NCBI GenBank assembly: GCA_030704615.1
Contig: CM060731.1
Coordinates: 94,860,001-94,924,000, forward strand
Source of the DNA: Takakia lepidozioides
Lineage: Eukaryota > Plantae > Bryophyta
DNA length: 64,000 nucleotides
Direction: 5' to 3'
A program made the translations under genes and the position numbers. Below are positions 38,601 to 51,321 of the stretch, piece after piece. A model generated the notes under the pieces. The model ran no database searches, was not told the DNA's origin, and saw nothing but the letters and a program-made list of their open reading frames with translations. Each line of letters starts with the position of its first letter. The first letter of the stretch is position 1.

Positions 38601-39111
38601 CGGCCCTGACGATATTTTCTTTAAGGGACATGAGGCATGGAAATACTTGCACTGTTCCCAAGTCATTGGCACACCACTCACCTATACGGACAAGGAGTTC
38701 AGGGTGTTCACCAATTTTGTCATTAAGCGCTTACAGCAAGTTGTACAGTTTAAACTTCCAGACATGGTGAGACCACATTGTATGCCCCACAGGATTCCAG
38801 TTAGAGTTCGACCGTTAAAACACCTCTGGGGGGACGAGGATTCTGATACTATTGTTTCTTTAGCGGACTCTTTTGACATGGCAGAAGACTATGCACTTCA
38901 GATGGCAGAAAAGAAACGACGGGGATCTCCTATGCCTGAGAGGTTCCTCGTTATCAGCCGAAGGAGGGTCAGACATTTCCGGGTAGTGCTCAATCATCTC
39001 CGTCAACCAGTGACAAGACTCGGGCTCGCACACGGAGTCCTTCACGAGACTCTCACCGTCAGCAGGGTGTTCAATCACAACGGTTTACTAATCCTAAATA
39101 GTAAACCGTGA
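35637..39111 (+). pseudogene. Large accessory ORF of gypsy element (N-terminal Athila-ORF/Transposase_32-like domain plus coiled coil), broken by one frameshift and one stop
   Basis: FMIQFLQNFEPRTGVTQVRGVDIEITPQYLQQLFDLP motif. The frame of 36244-37116 continues into 37123-39111 across a TAG. Ends just before the PPT and LTR. Confidence 0.6.
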
Positions 39112-39125
39112 GGACACGGCTTTTT

Positions 39126-39139
39126 GAGAGAGGGAGGGG
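39126..39139 (+). other. Polypurine tract
   Basis: GAGAGAGGGAGGGG immediately upstream of the LTR TG. Confidence 0.8.
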
Positions 39140-39143
39140 TAAA

Positions 39144-40192
39144 TGTTAGAGGGCTGCTTGGGACTTAGACGCTTTTATGGGTTCTGTGGGGTACCCTTAA
39201 TTATTACACAGACTGAGACCAACATGAGCCTTAGGGGTGACAGCAGCAGGCTTTAGAGGGGGGGTTACACAGCCCGACACAGCCCGTCACAGCCAATCAC
39301 AGCCAACACAGCCCGTCACAGCCAACACAGCCCGACACAGCCGACACAGCCAGTCACAGCCGCCACAGCCAGTCACAGTCCGGCACAGCCGTCATAGCCC
39401 GTCACAGTCGTCACAGCCAATCATAGTCCGTCACAGTCCGTCACAGCCAATCACAGCCAGTCACAGCCCGACACAGCCTTACACAGCCAGTCACAGCCCG
39501 TCACAGCTTCACACAGCCCAACGCAGTTTTGCACAGTTGTCACAGTACAGGGGGAACGGTTAACATGGACAGGGAACGACTGTGTGGGAACGACATCTTC
39601 AGAGGGAATATGTTACTTCAGGGGTGACGGTTAGTTAGCAAGGCGGTTAGAACAACTTGTAGGTAGATAAAGCCAAGAGCGGGGACTTTTTGGGGATCAC
39701 TTCTTGGATCACTACTTAGACATCAGGGGAGAAGGTCAGACGGAGGGCACGATCTTGGAGCTCAGGGATGATGATTACACAGAAGAGGAGATGATGACTT
39801 GATGGAGGATTATTTCATGCAGAGCTGTAGTGATACTGTAGGGCGGATTAGAGTCACCTTGACATTGGCCTAGTACCTGATAAATCATAATCTGATACTT
39901 ATTCGATACAAGCACACTGTGTAGAGAGACATGAGTGAAGCTGTGAAATGAATGCATGATTAACTGGAACTAAGAAGATACTGAAGCAATCTGATGCTTC
40001 AGTATCAGATAAGGTAAATTGATAACATGAAGGCAAGAAGGAATACAAATGGGAAGCACAACCATGATTCACTAGCTGCAGGTCATGACTGATTGTACTG
40101 AGCGGGCTGAGTGCTTAGAGATATCCACCTCATCTATCTTGGAGTTTCCACCTCGGATAGCGAAGGGATGGGTGAGTAAAAGCCGCTCGACA
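39144..40192 (+). mobile_element. 3' LTR (~1049 bp), same family as 6654-7647
   Basis: TGTTAGAGGG...CCGCTCGACA, with long matching blocks to the reverse complement of 6654-7647. Confidence 0.9.
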
Positions 40193-41272
40193 GTGGCAAC
40201 GGGGACGCCTAATCATAGTCATTGATAAGACCGTAGTAAATGGCTGCGAATCCATGTCAGCTTCACGTGGAACGGAAGGGATATGCCACGTGTCACGTCA
40301 AAGGGAAGGCGACAGGGTCTTCACGACTGGCATATACGACTTCCGTGGATTAACCCCAGGACAGCACGTGGAGAATACCGGGAACGACACGTGGCATGAC
40401 ATGGTGACTTCCGCAGATTAATCCCAGGACAACACGTGGATTAGACTGGACATGACACGTGGCATGACAATATGGAGCGGGAGGGTCTTTCGTGACTAGC
40501 ATATATGACTTTGGACGTTTAATCCCAGATCCACACGTGGAGTCAAATTATGCAGGATGGGGATGGGGTGGTCATTATGACTGGAATATATGACTTCCAT
40601 GGCACACTCTGGATACTGCACGTGGCACGAGTATGGGTGAACACGAGGGGTGAAAGTGGTACGTGGCGGAGGCTCTATGGATGGGAGGTAGTCATGTACA
40701 TGATCGCAGCATTGAAACACGAAAGCACCATTGAAACATGAAAGCACATTAGAGATTGGAACATCGATTCAAATACAATGTTCAGATTATCTTTCTCCCC
40801 TTCATTCACCTCTCTTGATAATACAGTGAGAGAAGTGCAGGGTGTGACAGTGTGAGAACATGCAATTTTTGGGGATGCTCGCATTGCCCTTCTCTCATCC
40901 TTCGGTCTCTGCGGTTCAGAAAATGTGGACAGCTATGTGCAGAATAAAAGGTCTAGCGAAAGGACATGTCTGAATTGAGAGCACCATGTTTTCTTTGTCG
41001 TCTACACTTCTATGAGCCCTCATACAGATCCGACAATGCTAACACAGAATGCTGATACAGAAAACAGAAGTAAAGAGGGCATAAAAACTGCGTGGGTCAA
41101 CGAACGCAATTTTCATGCCTTCTCCACTGCCCACAATCAAGAGAAAGGAGAGAATCACCTTCGGTCCTTTGGGAGGAGCACTCCCAGATGCCTCTGCTTG
41201 AGCCACAATCGCAGCCGTCCTCCCCATCTGCGTAGCCTTCTTCCCCTTCGGCTTCGCTTCTTTGTAACTTAC

Positions 41273-42689
41273 GAGTTGATGTCCGCCATTGCAGCTTTGA
41301 GAAGACTGCGATCTTTGGGCCCTGCAACCTTCAGCACAACACACTCCACGGCGAAATGTCAATCGAGGTCGTTGGGGTGGGCTTCGGCTATGTGCTCCAT
41401 CCATGCCAGGAGGCGATGATTGCCGTCCCACACGTAAAACATCTTTCCGGACAAGTGCTGGAAAGAGGATCAATAGCAATCGATCTCTCGAACTCCTCAT
41501 TTCGCCTTTGCCAATGGGGACCCCATTTGTCCACCTCATCGGAAGTGTGGGCACGGGAAGCTCCGTGGTCGTTCTCAATGGAAATGTAGAACGCGGCAGA
41601 CCCCATTCGATATCCATCCCTGAAAGAGAATTTCAGCTTGTCGATATCGCCTGGGAGGGCAGGTCTCACCACCTGCAATGACACCAAGCGGCAAAGGGGA
41701 ATTCGAAGCTTGGCCGGGTACACCATGCCCCCCAGCACCCTGCCAATGTTGCTATGGGTTGCCTCCAACATTTTGGCAGCGGCCAACTTCATATCCGCCT
41801 CCGACATGACGTCTGCTGCAGAGGGGTTCTCCGGCAGCCCACCAGGACTGCCAAATCCAGCTCGTATGCTGCGGGTTTGGGGCCTGGGGATGTCCGGGAG
41901 GATGTCATCCTGGTCAGAAAGCTCGGTGTCGTCCTCCTCAACATGGTCAACCACCGGCGAAACCACCTCGAGCACTCTCCCCGTCTCTACTGCCCTCTCC
42001 CCGGCTTCACCTCGAACTTGCACAATCCGTGCTCTTTGTGGTGTTCTTTCCTCTCCTCCACTCTCCACCGTATGGGTAATTGCGGGGGCTGCTCTTGCCC
42101 GCGATGGTGTAACCGGTGTGTTACTGCCTCTTTGTGGTGTCTTGGAGGGATCCACCATCTCTGTGTGTCCCTCGCTTACATGGGCATCTGTCATTTCGGC
42201 ACCCCTGGCCTCTTCAGTGACATTTTCTCTTTCCTCCTGGCTAGCCTTCTGTCTCGCCTGTTCTTTTGCCCTCTCTTTTGCCCTCTCACGGGCTTTCTGT
42301 TTCTTACTAGGGCTAGCAGCAGGGGAGCCCTCCAGGACGACCACCTTTGATTGAGGAGAACTGACACCCTCGTGCGCACTGCTCACTCCCCCCTCCGCAG
42401 CCCGTGATGGCTCTCTCGCCGGGGATTGCATGTGCTTGGCTTTCTTCTTCTTCTTTGCGTGGGCGGCCCCTACTGCATGTGCATCAACAACCTCCATTGC
42501 CGGATCTGCTGTCCTCACGTCCTCACGCCCTTCACCTGCCATGCCGCCTGCACCAACCTCCCCAATGCCTATTCTGTCGTACTCTCGCTGCAGGTCCTCC
42601 TGTCCACCAACAAAAGGTTTTAGTTTGCCCTCCCGCCCCGAGTTGGGCGATCCAAACATGCGATGAGTTGGAGCTGTCGATGATACCAC
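41273..42689 (-). pseudogene. ParB/Sulfiredoxin-like domain protein with long disordered N-terminus (frameshifted, truncated)
   Basis: LRIPLCRLVSLQVVRPALPGDIDKLKFSFRDGY, then after a frameshift near 41465 FQHLSGKMFYVWDGNHRLLAWMEHI (DGNHR at 41427-41413) ...AMADINS|GTAAG donor. Confidence 0.7.
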
Positions 42690-43649
42690 CAGTGTGCCGG
42701 GCTCGTCGTCACTCTGTCATTCCCGAAAATCGTGAGAACCAACATCAGAATGAAAACCACCATCGCAACGAGCAGCGCAACCACCATTGCAACAATCGTG
42801 GAACAACAATGAAAACAAAACAAAACCCAAGTATGGAGTGGCATGGAACAACAATGAAAACAAATCCAACCAATGCCTAAGAATGACATGCACAAGCAGC
42901 CTTCTCAAGAGCTGCCGGCTTTGCACACGCATTGCAAACTATCTAAGGTTCACTCAACCGGTAACATGAAACACGATGAACAAATGAACACGAATTCCAT
43001 AAGACGGGAAAACAGGGTGAAATGTTTTGAAGGCACTTCATTTGCTCAGACAATCTTCTCAGCTCAGCATGGATTTCCTTACTTTTTAACCACTCTGACC
43101 TTGATCATTCTTCTCAACAGCTCCTGCTTTTGCGATGCAACCATACGCTTCCAGCCATGCCAGGCTGAAGATGCGAAAACAAACCAAAAAACGAAGTAAA
43201 CAACAAAGCGAAAGCGGAAGTGCCTTGCCTGGGAGTACTCGGCTTCAGTTGGCGCGGGTTGTGAGCAAGACACTGGAATCTCCTGCTGCAGCTTAAGTTT
43301 GGCCATGCGAGAGGTTGGCCGTCGCCCGTAGTACAAAGCCTTCAACTTCCGCCGCGGTCTGGATGTGGGGTCTCTCTCAGGAGAGCCAAGCCCTTCACGC
43401 GGCATAAGTCCCAGCAAAAAAAAAAAAATCTCAGTATTTTTGCGTACATGCCTCGAATAGAACTTCATCCAAGTTTAGCATCAGGTTTCCAAGACGTATC
43501 GAAGAAGCAAGCGCGGAATCCCTGTGTCGCCAGCCCGAATCAAAACCGACGGCGGAGGACATTTAATGCCCAACTACGCAATTAAATGTCGAATGAAGTA
43601 TGACGCAACGAAGCCCTCCTTGTCGGATGAAATATGACACAAAGAGGCC

Positions 43650-44395
43650 CCGAATTTCCATCGTAGAGGTAATTCGGAGCGCGGCAGGATGGAAATCCAG
43701 CGCCGGATTTCCATCCTGCAGGTAATTCAGAGCGCGGCCGGCTGGAAATTCGGCGCCGAATTTCCATCCGCCAGGTAAGTCGGAGCGCCGAATTTCCATC
43801 ATGCAGGTAATTCGGAGTGCGGCAGGATGGAAATCCGGCGCCGAATTTTCGTCCGCCATGTAAGTCGAAGCGCCGAATTTCCATCCAGCAGGTAATTTGG
43901 AGCGCGGATGGATGGAAATCCGGCACCGAATTTCCATCCTGCAGGTAATTCGGAGCGCGGATGGATGGAAATCCGGCGCTGAATTTCCGTCATGCAGGTA
44001 ATTCGGAGCGCGGCCGGATGGAAATCCGGCGCCGAATTTCCATCCTGCAGGTAACTCGGAGCGCCGAATTTCCATCATGCAGGCAATTCGGAGAGCGGAT
44101 GGATGGAAATCCGGCGCCGAATTTCCATCCGCCAGGTAAGTCGGAGCGCCGAATTTCCGTCATGCAGATAATTCGGAGAGCGGATGGATGGAAATCCGGC
44201 GCCGAATTTCCGTCCGCCAGGTAAGTCGAAGCGCCGAATTTCCATCCTGCAGGTAATTCGGAGCGCGGATGGATGGAAATCCGGCGCTGAATTTCCGTCA
44301 TGCAGGTAATTCGGAGCTTGGCCGGATAGAAATTCGGCGCCGAATTTCCATCCGTCATGTAAGTCGAAGCGCCGAATTACCATCCTGCAGGTAAT
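43650..44395. repeat. Tandem array of palindrome GGAAAT(T/C)CGGCGCCGAATTTCC in ~36-54 bp units
   Basis: More than a dozen full or half copies separated by CAGGTAATTCGGAGCG spacers. Confidence 0.95.
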
Positions 44396-44544
44396 TCTGA
44401 GTGTGGCCGCTTGGTTTTTTGGTCTAAAAAGACACTAAACCTTTAGTTTTGTGGCTGAAGTCCACTTTTATACACGTTTTTCAGGGAATTCTCGACTCCT
44501 AGAGAGAAATTCATTGCTTCTTTTCCATCCCGCTTAGTTCCTAC

Positions 44545-45030
44545 ATGGAAATTCGTTGCCGAAATTCCATCTGGCCGCGATTACGATTACATGCCGAATG
44601 GAAATTCGGCGCTGTTTTTCCATCTGGCCGCGATCGCGATTACATGCCGAATGGATATTCGGCGCCGGTTTTCCATCCCCTCCGCCCGAGGCGACTTCAT
44701 CCGGGCGGCCCCTGTTGGATATTCGGTGCCGAATTCCCGTCCGGGGGTTGTAATGTGACGGCCAGGTGCCGGCCTCTCCCCCCGAGCCGACTGCATCCGA
44801 ACGGCCCCGGATGGAAATTCGGCGCCGTTTTTCCATCCGGGGAGGTTTTTATGTCGGCCAGTTTTCGGCCTAACCCCCCGACACAACTTCATTTGGGGGG
44901 GCCCGGATGGAAATTCGGCGCTGAATTTCCATCCAGGGGATATTCTCTGTCGGACAGGTGCCGGCCTCTCCGCCCGAGTCGACTTCATCCGGGCGGCCCC
45001 TGTTGGATATTCGGTGCCGAATTTCCATCC
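44545..45030. repeat. Second palindrome array upstream of the transposase
   Basis: About 7 copies of ATGGAAATTCGGCGCCG.TTTTCCAT-like motifs with different spacers. Confidence 0.9.
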
Positions 45031-45332
45031 GGGGGTTGTAATGTGACGGCCCGGTGCCGGCTTCTCCCCTTCAGCCGACATCATCCGGGCCGCTCCCCAC
45101 TTTCTGACTGCATACCGTTGGCAGTTATTGCGCAAAGACCAAGAGCCGCATTCCGGAGACAAGGTTCATTAACACTGTGATTGTGGATTTTTGAGATAGT
45201 TGGCTCCCTGGATTTGGATCAGGCTTCGTCGCTCGGACAAATCGGCACCGCATTCCTTCCCATCGGTGCATCCCCCTTCTACCAGGGAGCTTGCCCGCAC
45301 GCCATCCTGGCAGTCTTGTGTGCACATCTCCC

Positions 45333-47417
45333 ATGGCGGAAAACCCGAATGCTACAGTGTACTGCCCTCCTCATGAGCATAGAGCTTCATTTCGGTGCAG
45401 AGGCGACATCTGCCGTGTGATGGAGAAATATCCGTGCGTTCGATACCACCTGAAACCAGGGTCGGTTTTTTTGGAGGAGGAAAGGAAGGACTCAAACGGC
45501 GTTGTTGTCGAGAGTATTGTTGTGCTCCACGATGATTTCGGCGATAGCAGGGAATGGCGAGTTCCACCATCGGACAACGTCATATATAGGGCTGTTGGGG
45601 ACTTCATTTGCCCGCCAAATGTACCTTCTATCCTGGCGCCTTCCACGAAACAATCCGCGAATCAGAGAGTGGGTACCTCAAAGAGAGAAGTCCGCAACGA
45701 AGTAAATCCAGAGCCGAACCCATCAATGAAGACGAGCGAGAACCGGGTTGTTCACAACCTGTCCGACTCCGACGAGGTCATGGAAGTTCCGAGATCGTCC
45801 TGGAGATCAGGCAAGTCCTCAATGGACGTCAATGGACGAGGGAGTCATATTCCCAGCACGAGCACCGCAGTTCGATCCATTCTTGAAATTCTGCAAGGGC
45901 TTCACATGGAGGGACACCGCTCGGAGCTGGCCGGGCTGGACTACAGCAAGTTCGCAATTAAATCGGTTACATGCCTTCCCGCAGACGTCGACGGTAATAT
46001 CTTCTTTGAGGACTACTCGAGGGCGTCCGGAATGTTGACAGATATGGATAGAAAACATGACGGTCATCCTTGGTGCATCACCAAAACCACCAGCATGAAG
46101 ATGCTCGATGGTGTGCGGGTGCGCTACGTTGTTTGTGCGGGCGCGTTGCGGTGTTTCTCCCCAACTTGCTTCCACTTTAAATCCAGAGGTCACAGGAACG
46201 AGACCGATTGGACAGGCACAGCTCATTAACCATTTCGAGCTCAGGAGAAGGTTCCGAACTCCACATTTAAGTGTGCGCATTGCAAAGAACCACCACACTG
46301 CATGTCTGTTTGTAATGTCAAGCAGCTCTATGTGTTGCACCGTTTCCCTGACCTCACCCGAGCTTGCATACACGTTGGTTCCCATTGTCACCAATTGGCG
46401 AGGGGGAACTCGCGGGAGGCTGCCCACGAGGCAGAGCAGCTCGTTCAGGAGGAGGTTAAGTTGAGACCGAGTGCCAAACCCAAACAGATACAGCTCCAAG
46501 CCGCCCATAAGATGGCATTGGCCAGAATTATGTCGGAAGACGGCTCCGATAGAGTTCCTCTCGATGATAAGGAAATGGAGGCATTGCTGGAGTCGGTGTC
46601 CCACGTCTGTTCACCGAATGTCCGAAACCACATTGTCTCATGCGAACAGAAAATTGGGCGTGCCTCGGATATGCACTCCATTCTGGAGGTGAAGCGACGA
46701 TGTGGATATGACTACATTCATGGAAGTAGGTTTCCAGGACAAGAGACTGATGCAGATCGTTGTTTCGTATTCAAAATGTCCACGTGTGGACCTGGCAGCA
46801 GCGTCGAACTGGTCGACAGGATGACGAGTGGGGACTTGTCAAACAGTTGGGTCATGTTCGACCATATCAAACGAATTACAAATCACCAGTGGGTGACAAT
46901 GGGTGCACATGTCTACGACACCCACTGCAGGATGCTAATGACAATTGTTATTTGTGAGATGAAAGGAGAGGACACACAATCGGAGATGCTTCTTTGGCAG
47001 GGAACAAACGAACAGATGGCCAAGGCGGGATTGCCCCCTCCCAATTTCCGTGATTTCATGGCGGACAACGCACAAGCAAATTGGGCTGCCATCCGAAGGG
47101 TGTACGGGCAAGACCCCAATGTTCCCATGGAAGGCAAGGAGAGATCTTGTGGGTTCCATTTTCTGTAGAGCCTTTCGCAGTACACAACCAGGCTCGTGGC
47201 GCTAGATTTCAGAGAGGAGCACCGTTCCATGTGTCTTGCGTGGAAGCGCGCTCCCACCTTGGATGATGCAGAGACACAGTTTGCATGTATACGGGCTTGG
47301 TGGACATCGTCAGGTGCTGTAAGGAAATCAGACGAGGGAGCAATGGTCAGTTGGCTAGCATGGTGGCATTATCGTTTCCTCCAGTTCGGCGACTATATGA
47401 CAATCAGATGCGGGTAA
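45333..47417 (+). mobile_element. Mutator-like (MULE) DDE transposase with N-terminal GCM/WRKY-like zinc domain; two premature stops, 3' exon missing
   Basis: ORFs 45291, 46302 and 47196 share one frame. CAGALRC..C...CxxC...C...HxGxHxH; VMFDHIKR (D1), FMADNAQANWAAIRRVY (D2), CGFH (CxxH). GT donor at ~47414. Confidence 0.8.
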
Positions 47418-48554
47418 CATGTTGCTACCTAGTTTTGATTATAGTTTAGGCATGTAAATAGTAGTAGTGATGAAGGAAGGGGCGGAAAAGACTGGCAGTG
47501 TGGTGATTCGTAATGCTGATCGTGGAAATTAGGGCCTGTTGAGTTGTTGAAGATTTATGACGAGCTGCTGAGGCGGTAGTGAAAGATTTTAGCACCATAG
47601 AGTAATGTATGATGTCTTTCTTGGTACGCCAGAATGGCAGTGACAACGGCAGATGAAATCGAGCTGGCAACAGCAGCGGGGAAGGGGGATGAACCGACAG
47701 ATAGACATCCACCGCTTAAGGGAGGATATAAGAACAGCTAAGTGCGATGATTATGGGCTTCTTTCACTTAGGAATGGTTGTTGTTGCTTTGACTTAGGAG
47801 CTCTCAAGCAAGACTGATGTATACGCTGTAGTTTCTTCTATTGCCTGAAGAAGGATATTATCTCTGTTAAAGGCCAAAGGGTCTAGTGGGATCCATCAGT
47901 TCCACCCAACTAGAATCAGAAAATAAGGTAAGGTGTACAGACACTGACTGAAGATTTGGCGCTGTTGAAGCAGCAGATTTGATCAAAATGGTGATGATTA
48001 AAGTTCATGCTGCTATAGCTACAGATTCCAGGGAAAGTGGACTGTCTACTCCAATCCACCAGACTGGGCACCAAGAGAATAAGACTTCAATGTTCCCAGG
48101 CCTTTGTTGGATGCTGTTGTAGGTTAGATATATCTTCTGTTGGCTGGAATTCACATCAAGTTGAGACTCTGGATCTTTGCAGTGGAAAATCTATATGGGG
48201 TGCACTTCTCTTGGGGGGGGGGGGCTTGGAGCATATTCTTGGTTCTTTGTAGAAGACAGATTTCACTTGTGTGGGCTCCTCACTGTGTTCCACAGGTTTT
48301 CAAGATCTGTCTGTTTTTCTATTCAGATGGAGAAGGTCACAAGTCCCCACTATGCTAGGCCAAGGGTGACAAAAGTTGCAGACACCACTTCAACACCCCC
48401 CGCAAGTTACAGAGGTGCTACGCAGTCTGGGGCCCAAATGTGCTTTGCCCCAATTGGTTGAACATGTGAAGAGCAGCCAGATGGGTGTGCACAAGAGCAC
48501 AAGCCAGATATGTGAAGAGCAGTCAGAGGAGTGTGCACAGGAGACCACCACCAG

Positions 48555-48708
48555 ATCAACCCGGATCAATGTTCTATTCCAAGGTAAGTCTTACTACCGA
48601 CGTCAGCCCCTGACAGAGGTAGGTTCTGTTCCTTTGTGTTCTGCTCAAACTGGGTGCGGGGTCAAATATGGCCACAAGGCTACGACAAACAACGTCTTAT
48701 GAGTACAT
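48555..48708 (+). mobile_element. Short LINE 3'-end copy
   Basis: AAGGTAAGTCTTACTACC...GGCCACAAGGCTAC...CTTATGAGTACAT, matching 19330-19456. Confidence 0.85.
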
Positions 48709-48959
48709 CCACTCTGCCAAAGCTCAACGTTACGCAAGGTGATCAAAGCCTGCATGCAAAGAAGCGGACCCATTACTGCAGAATTGCAGGAGCATTTAAA
48801 TTATCCTAGACAACAGACAAGTCGTATGGAAAAGGCAGGCTTGCTGGCCCAACTTCTGTGGGCTGACTAACCAAAGGAAACAATTTGAAGTGGGACAAGT
48901 TCTGCATTTCCTCCTAGCAGAGGCTGTCTTGAGGGCACACATCTTACCATACCCCACTT

Positions 48960-50166
48960 ATAGTGGACATTCGGCAGTGAAGAGGATCATTGTGCTCCCT
49001 TCCTACGCATATCTTGGTGTTGAGTTTTCCTCCTGTTGTAACTGGGATGTGCATGTATAAAAACTAGTTCAAACAGCTCGACACAAAGCTTTGGGTCTCA
49101 CTCAATTTTTCCACTGCAGAGGGATTAATACTGAAGTTCAAAGGACCATGCTTTGTAAAATTATTAGGCCTACCTTGGAGTATGCATCTGCCGTGTGGGT
49201 TGGCAACCCCAACCATGCTAAAACTTTAGACCTCATTCAGCTTTCAGTTCTCAAAGAGAGTATGTCAGCATACTCTGATAACATGGCTATTTAGGGCAAG
49301 ATTGGCGTACTCGACATGTTGAAGGTCACATGGTAGGGTCAGTTGAATTGCATGCCTAATTCCAGATACTAAGATGGGACACATCAATGATTTTAAGATT
49401 ATGAAATGCAAGGCTCTAGCATATTTCGAAAACCACTTGGAGGAGATTTTTAAGTACTTGAATATTAGGCAGGAAGAACTGACCCTGCTAGAGGAAGCTG
49501 AAGTGGAGGCTGAAGTGGCTAAGGCCATGTCAGAAGCAGGAAGAATGTTCGAATAAAACAAAGTTAGACACAAAAGACAATGGAGCCCATAAGAATGGGG
49601 AATCGATGGCGAGAATGCAAGCACTGCGGCAAGTTAGCATTTCGACAATATACTCTGAACTTGTTGCCAGTTTGGGAGGACCTTAAGGATGATCTGAAGG
49701 GCCCACATACCCTCGGCACTAGACTGAACTGTAAACTCAGAATGGGGAGTCTACCTCTGAATAATAGACAGATGCAGAGAGGAAATTTAGACTTGTCAAT
49801 GCCCGATGTGCGGAAATATTCATTTTCTGATACAATGTGTGGGTTATTCTCATCAGAGAGCGACCCTCGTCAGGACCATCAAGAACATATTCCCTGCAGT
49901 CTGTTCACCAACTTTCAAAATCTCGAGTCTGAGTCTAAAGCGCTGGGCCTGTTGGGGTCTAATTGCTAGGCAGCTCACACCCTGCAGATTGATGCTTGTG
50001 TGAAGGGCTTTCCAGAGGAAATCTGGAAAGCTTGAACCAATTGTTTATACCAAGGCAAGTTCCACTACTGGATTGATCCCCTCAGAAAGGTAGTGTCGAT
50101 TCTGCCCAAACCAGGTGTGGGGTCTATGGCCACAAGGCTACAGCAAACAATGTCTCATGAGTACAT
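48960..50166 (+). mobile_element. Degenerate LINE 3' portion (RT thumb to 3' end, with internal rearrangement)
   Basis: YAYLGVEFSS, IIRPTLEYASAVW, GTRLNCKLRMGSLPL; ends CATGAGTACAT. Confidence 0.8.
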
Positions 50167-50748
50167 TCTCCTCCCCAACCCTCGGTGAATTTAGCACAAG
50201 TTTCTTTCCAGTTGTTAGAGATTGTATCCAGCCTCACAATCACTTGCTACTGGAGTGACAACTAGGCAATCTTGCTTTCACCCCTTACACTATATAACAC
50301 TTGGGCGTGGATTGACTCCAAAGAAAATAGGTAGCTGTAGGACATGTAGAACTCCTGAAATCCTACAATTGGTACAAGCTTCTCTCTTCCTCCCAACAGA
50401 TAGGTTTTGGACTATGTGTACTTTGCAATTTAAAATTATATGTTGTGCCCAACATATAGCAAATCAGACCATAATGCCAATTCATCTGTCTCCCACCCTA
50501 CTCAAAAGTGGACTTGCATTAGCTACCCTCGAACTCCAAAGCCAGAAGGCCTGTTAAGATGGTTGTCTACAAGTGCTGATGTTGGACTAGAGTAGCAGGT
50601 CATGAAATCTTGTTTTGTCAAAGTGGATGTCCTTGCTCTAGTGACTTGCCTCAAATTTTTGTCCATTGTATTCATGGTTCAAGATTAAATTTTGGCAACA
50701 CAACAGTTATTATCTGCTAATCACTGACATTTGCCATGTATTCGCAGG

Positions 50749-51321
50749 TATTAGAATGATCCAGCAGTTCTGGCCAAGCTAGGGCAAGCCATGGGCGTGG
50801 GCATTAAAATAGTCCAAATTAGTAATGAGCAAGGGAAAATGAAATAAGAAGATGAATAAGATTAGTCCATCATCAATAGTCCTTCCAATGTAAGTTTGCT
50901 AGCATTATGGACAACAAGCAGAGTCAAGAATTGAAGAGCTTGAAAGAACTTGAGTTATACCATCCTGGCTCTCTTCTTTCTTTTTCTCTCTTCTCTTTCT
51001 CGCTCTCTCTCTTGTACCATCTTGCTATCTTGGAGGCTACTGCAAGCAAGGTCTTATGAGTACATACTCTTGTACCATGGATCTCTGCAATGATTGTGCA
51101 TTTGTCCTTCAGGATCCAAGCATAAAGGACATGGCAGAGAAGATAGCCAAGGACCCTGTCTTCAACCAGATGGCACAGCGCTGCAACAGAGTGTGGAGAA
51201 CGTGGGACAAGACGACATTCCACAGTTGGATACGAACCAGTACATCAATGCTATGCAGCAAGTCATGCAGAACCCGGAATTTATAACCATGGCTGAACGC
51301 CTTGGTAATGCCCTCATGCAG
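50749..51321 (+). pseudogene. AKR2-like ankyrin-repeat protein exon fragments
   Basis: Y*NDPAVLAKLGQAMGVG and [68 protein letters not shown]. Confidence 0.8.
51021..51066 (+). mobile_element. ~46-bp LINE 3'-tip insertion with 12-bp TSD
   Basis: CTCTTGTACCAT at 51009-51020 and 51067-51078 flanks ...AGGCTAC...CTTATGAGTACAT. Confidence 0.75.

Noticed and set aside
6654-40192. The two LTRs as ends of one element
   Set aside because: They are in opposite orientation, with PBS and PPT belonging to separate insertions, and their central parts differ.
43650-45030. CRISPR-like appearance (palindromic repeats with spacers)
   Set aside because: The spacers are themselves repeated, unit lengths are irregular, there are no cas genes and the context is eukaryotic.
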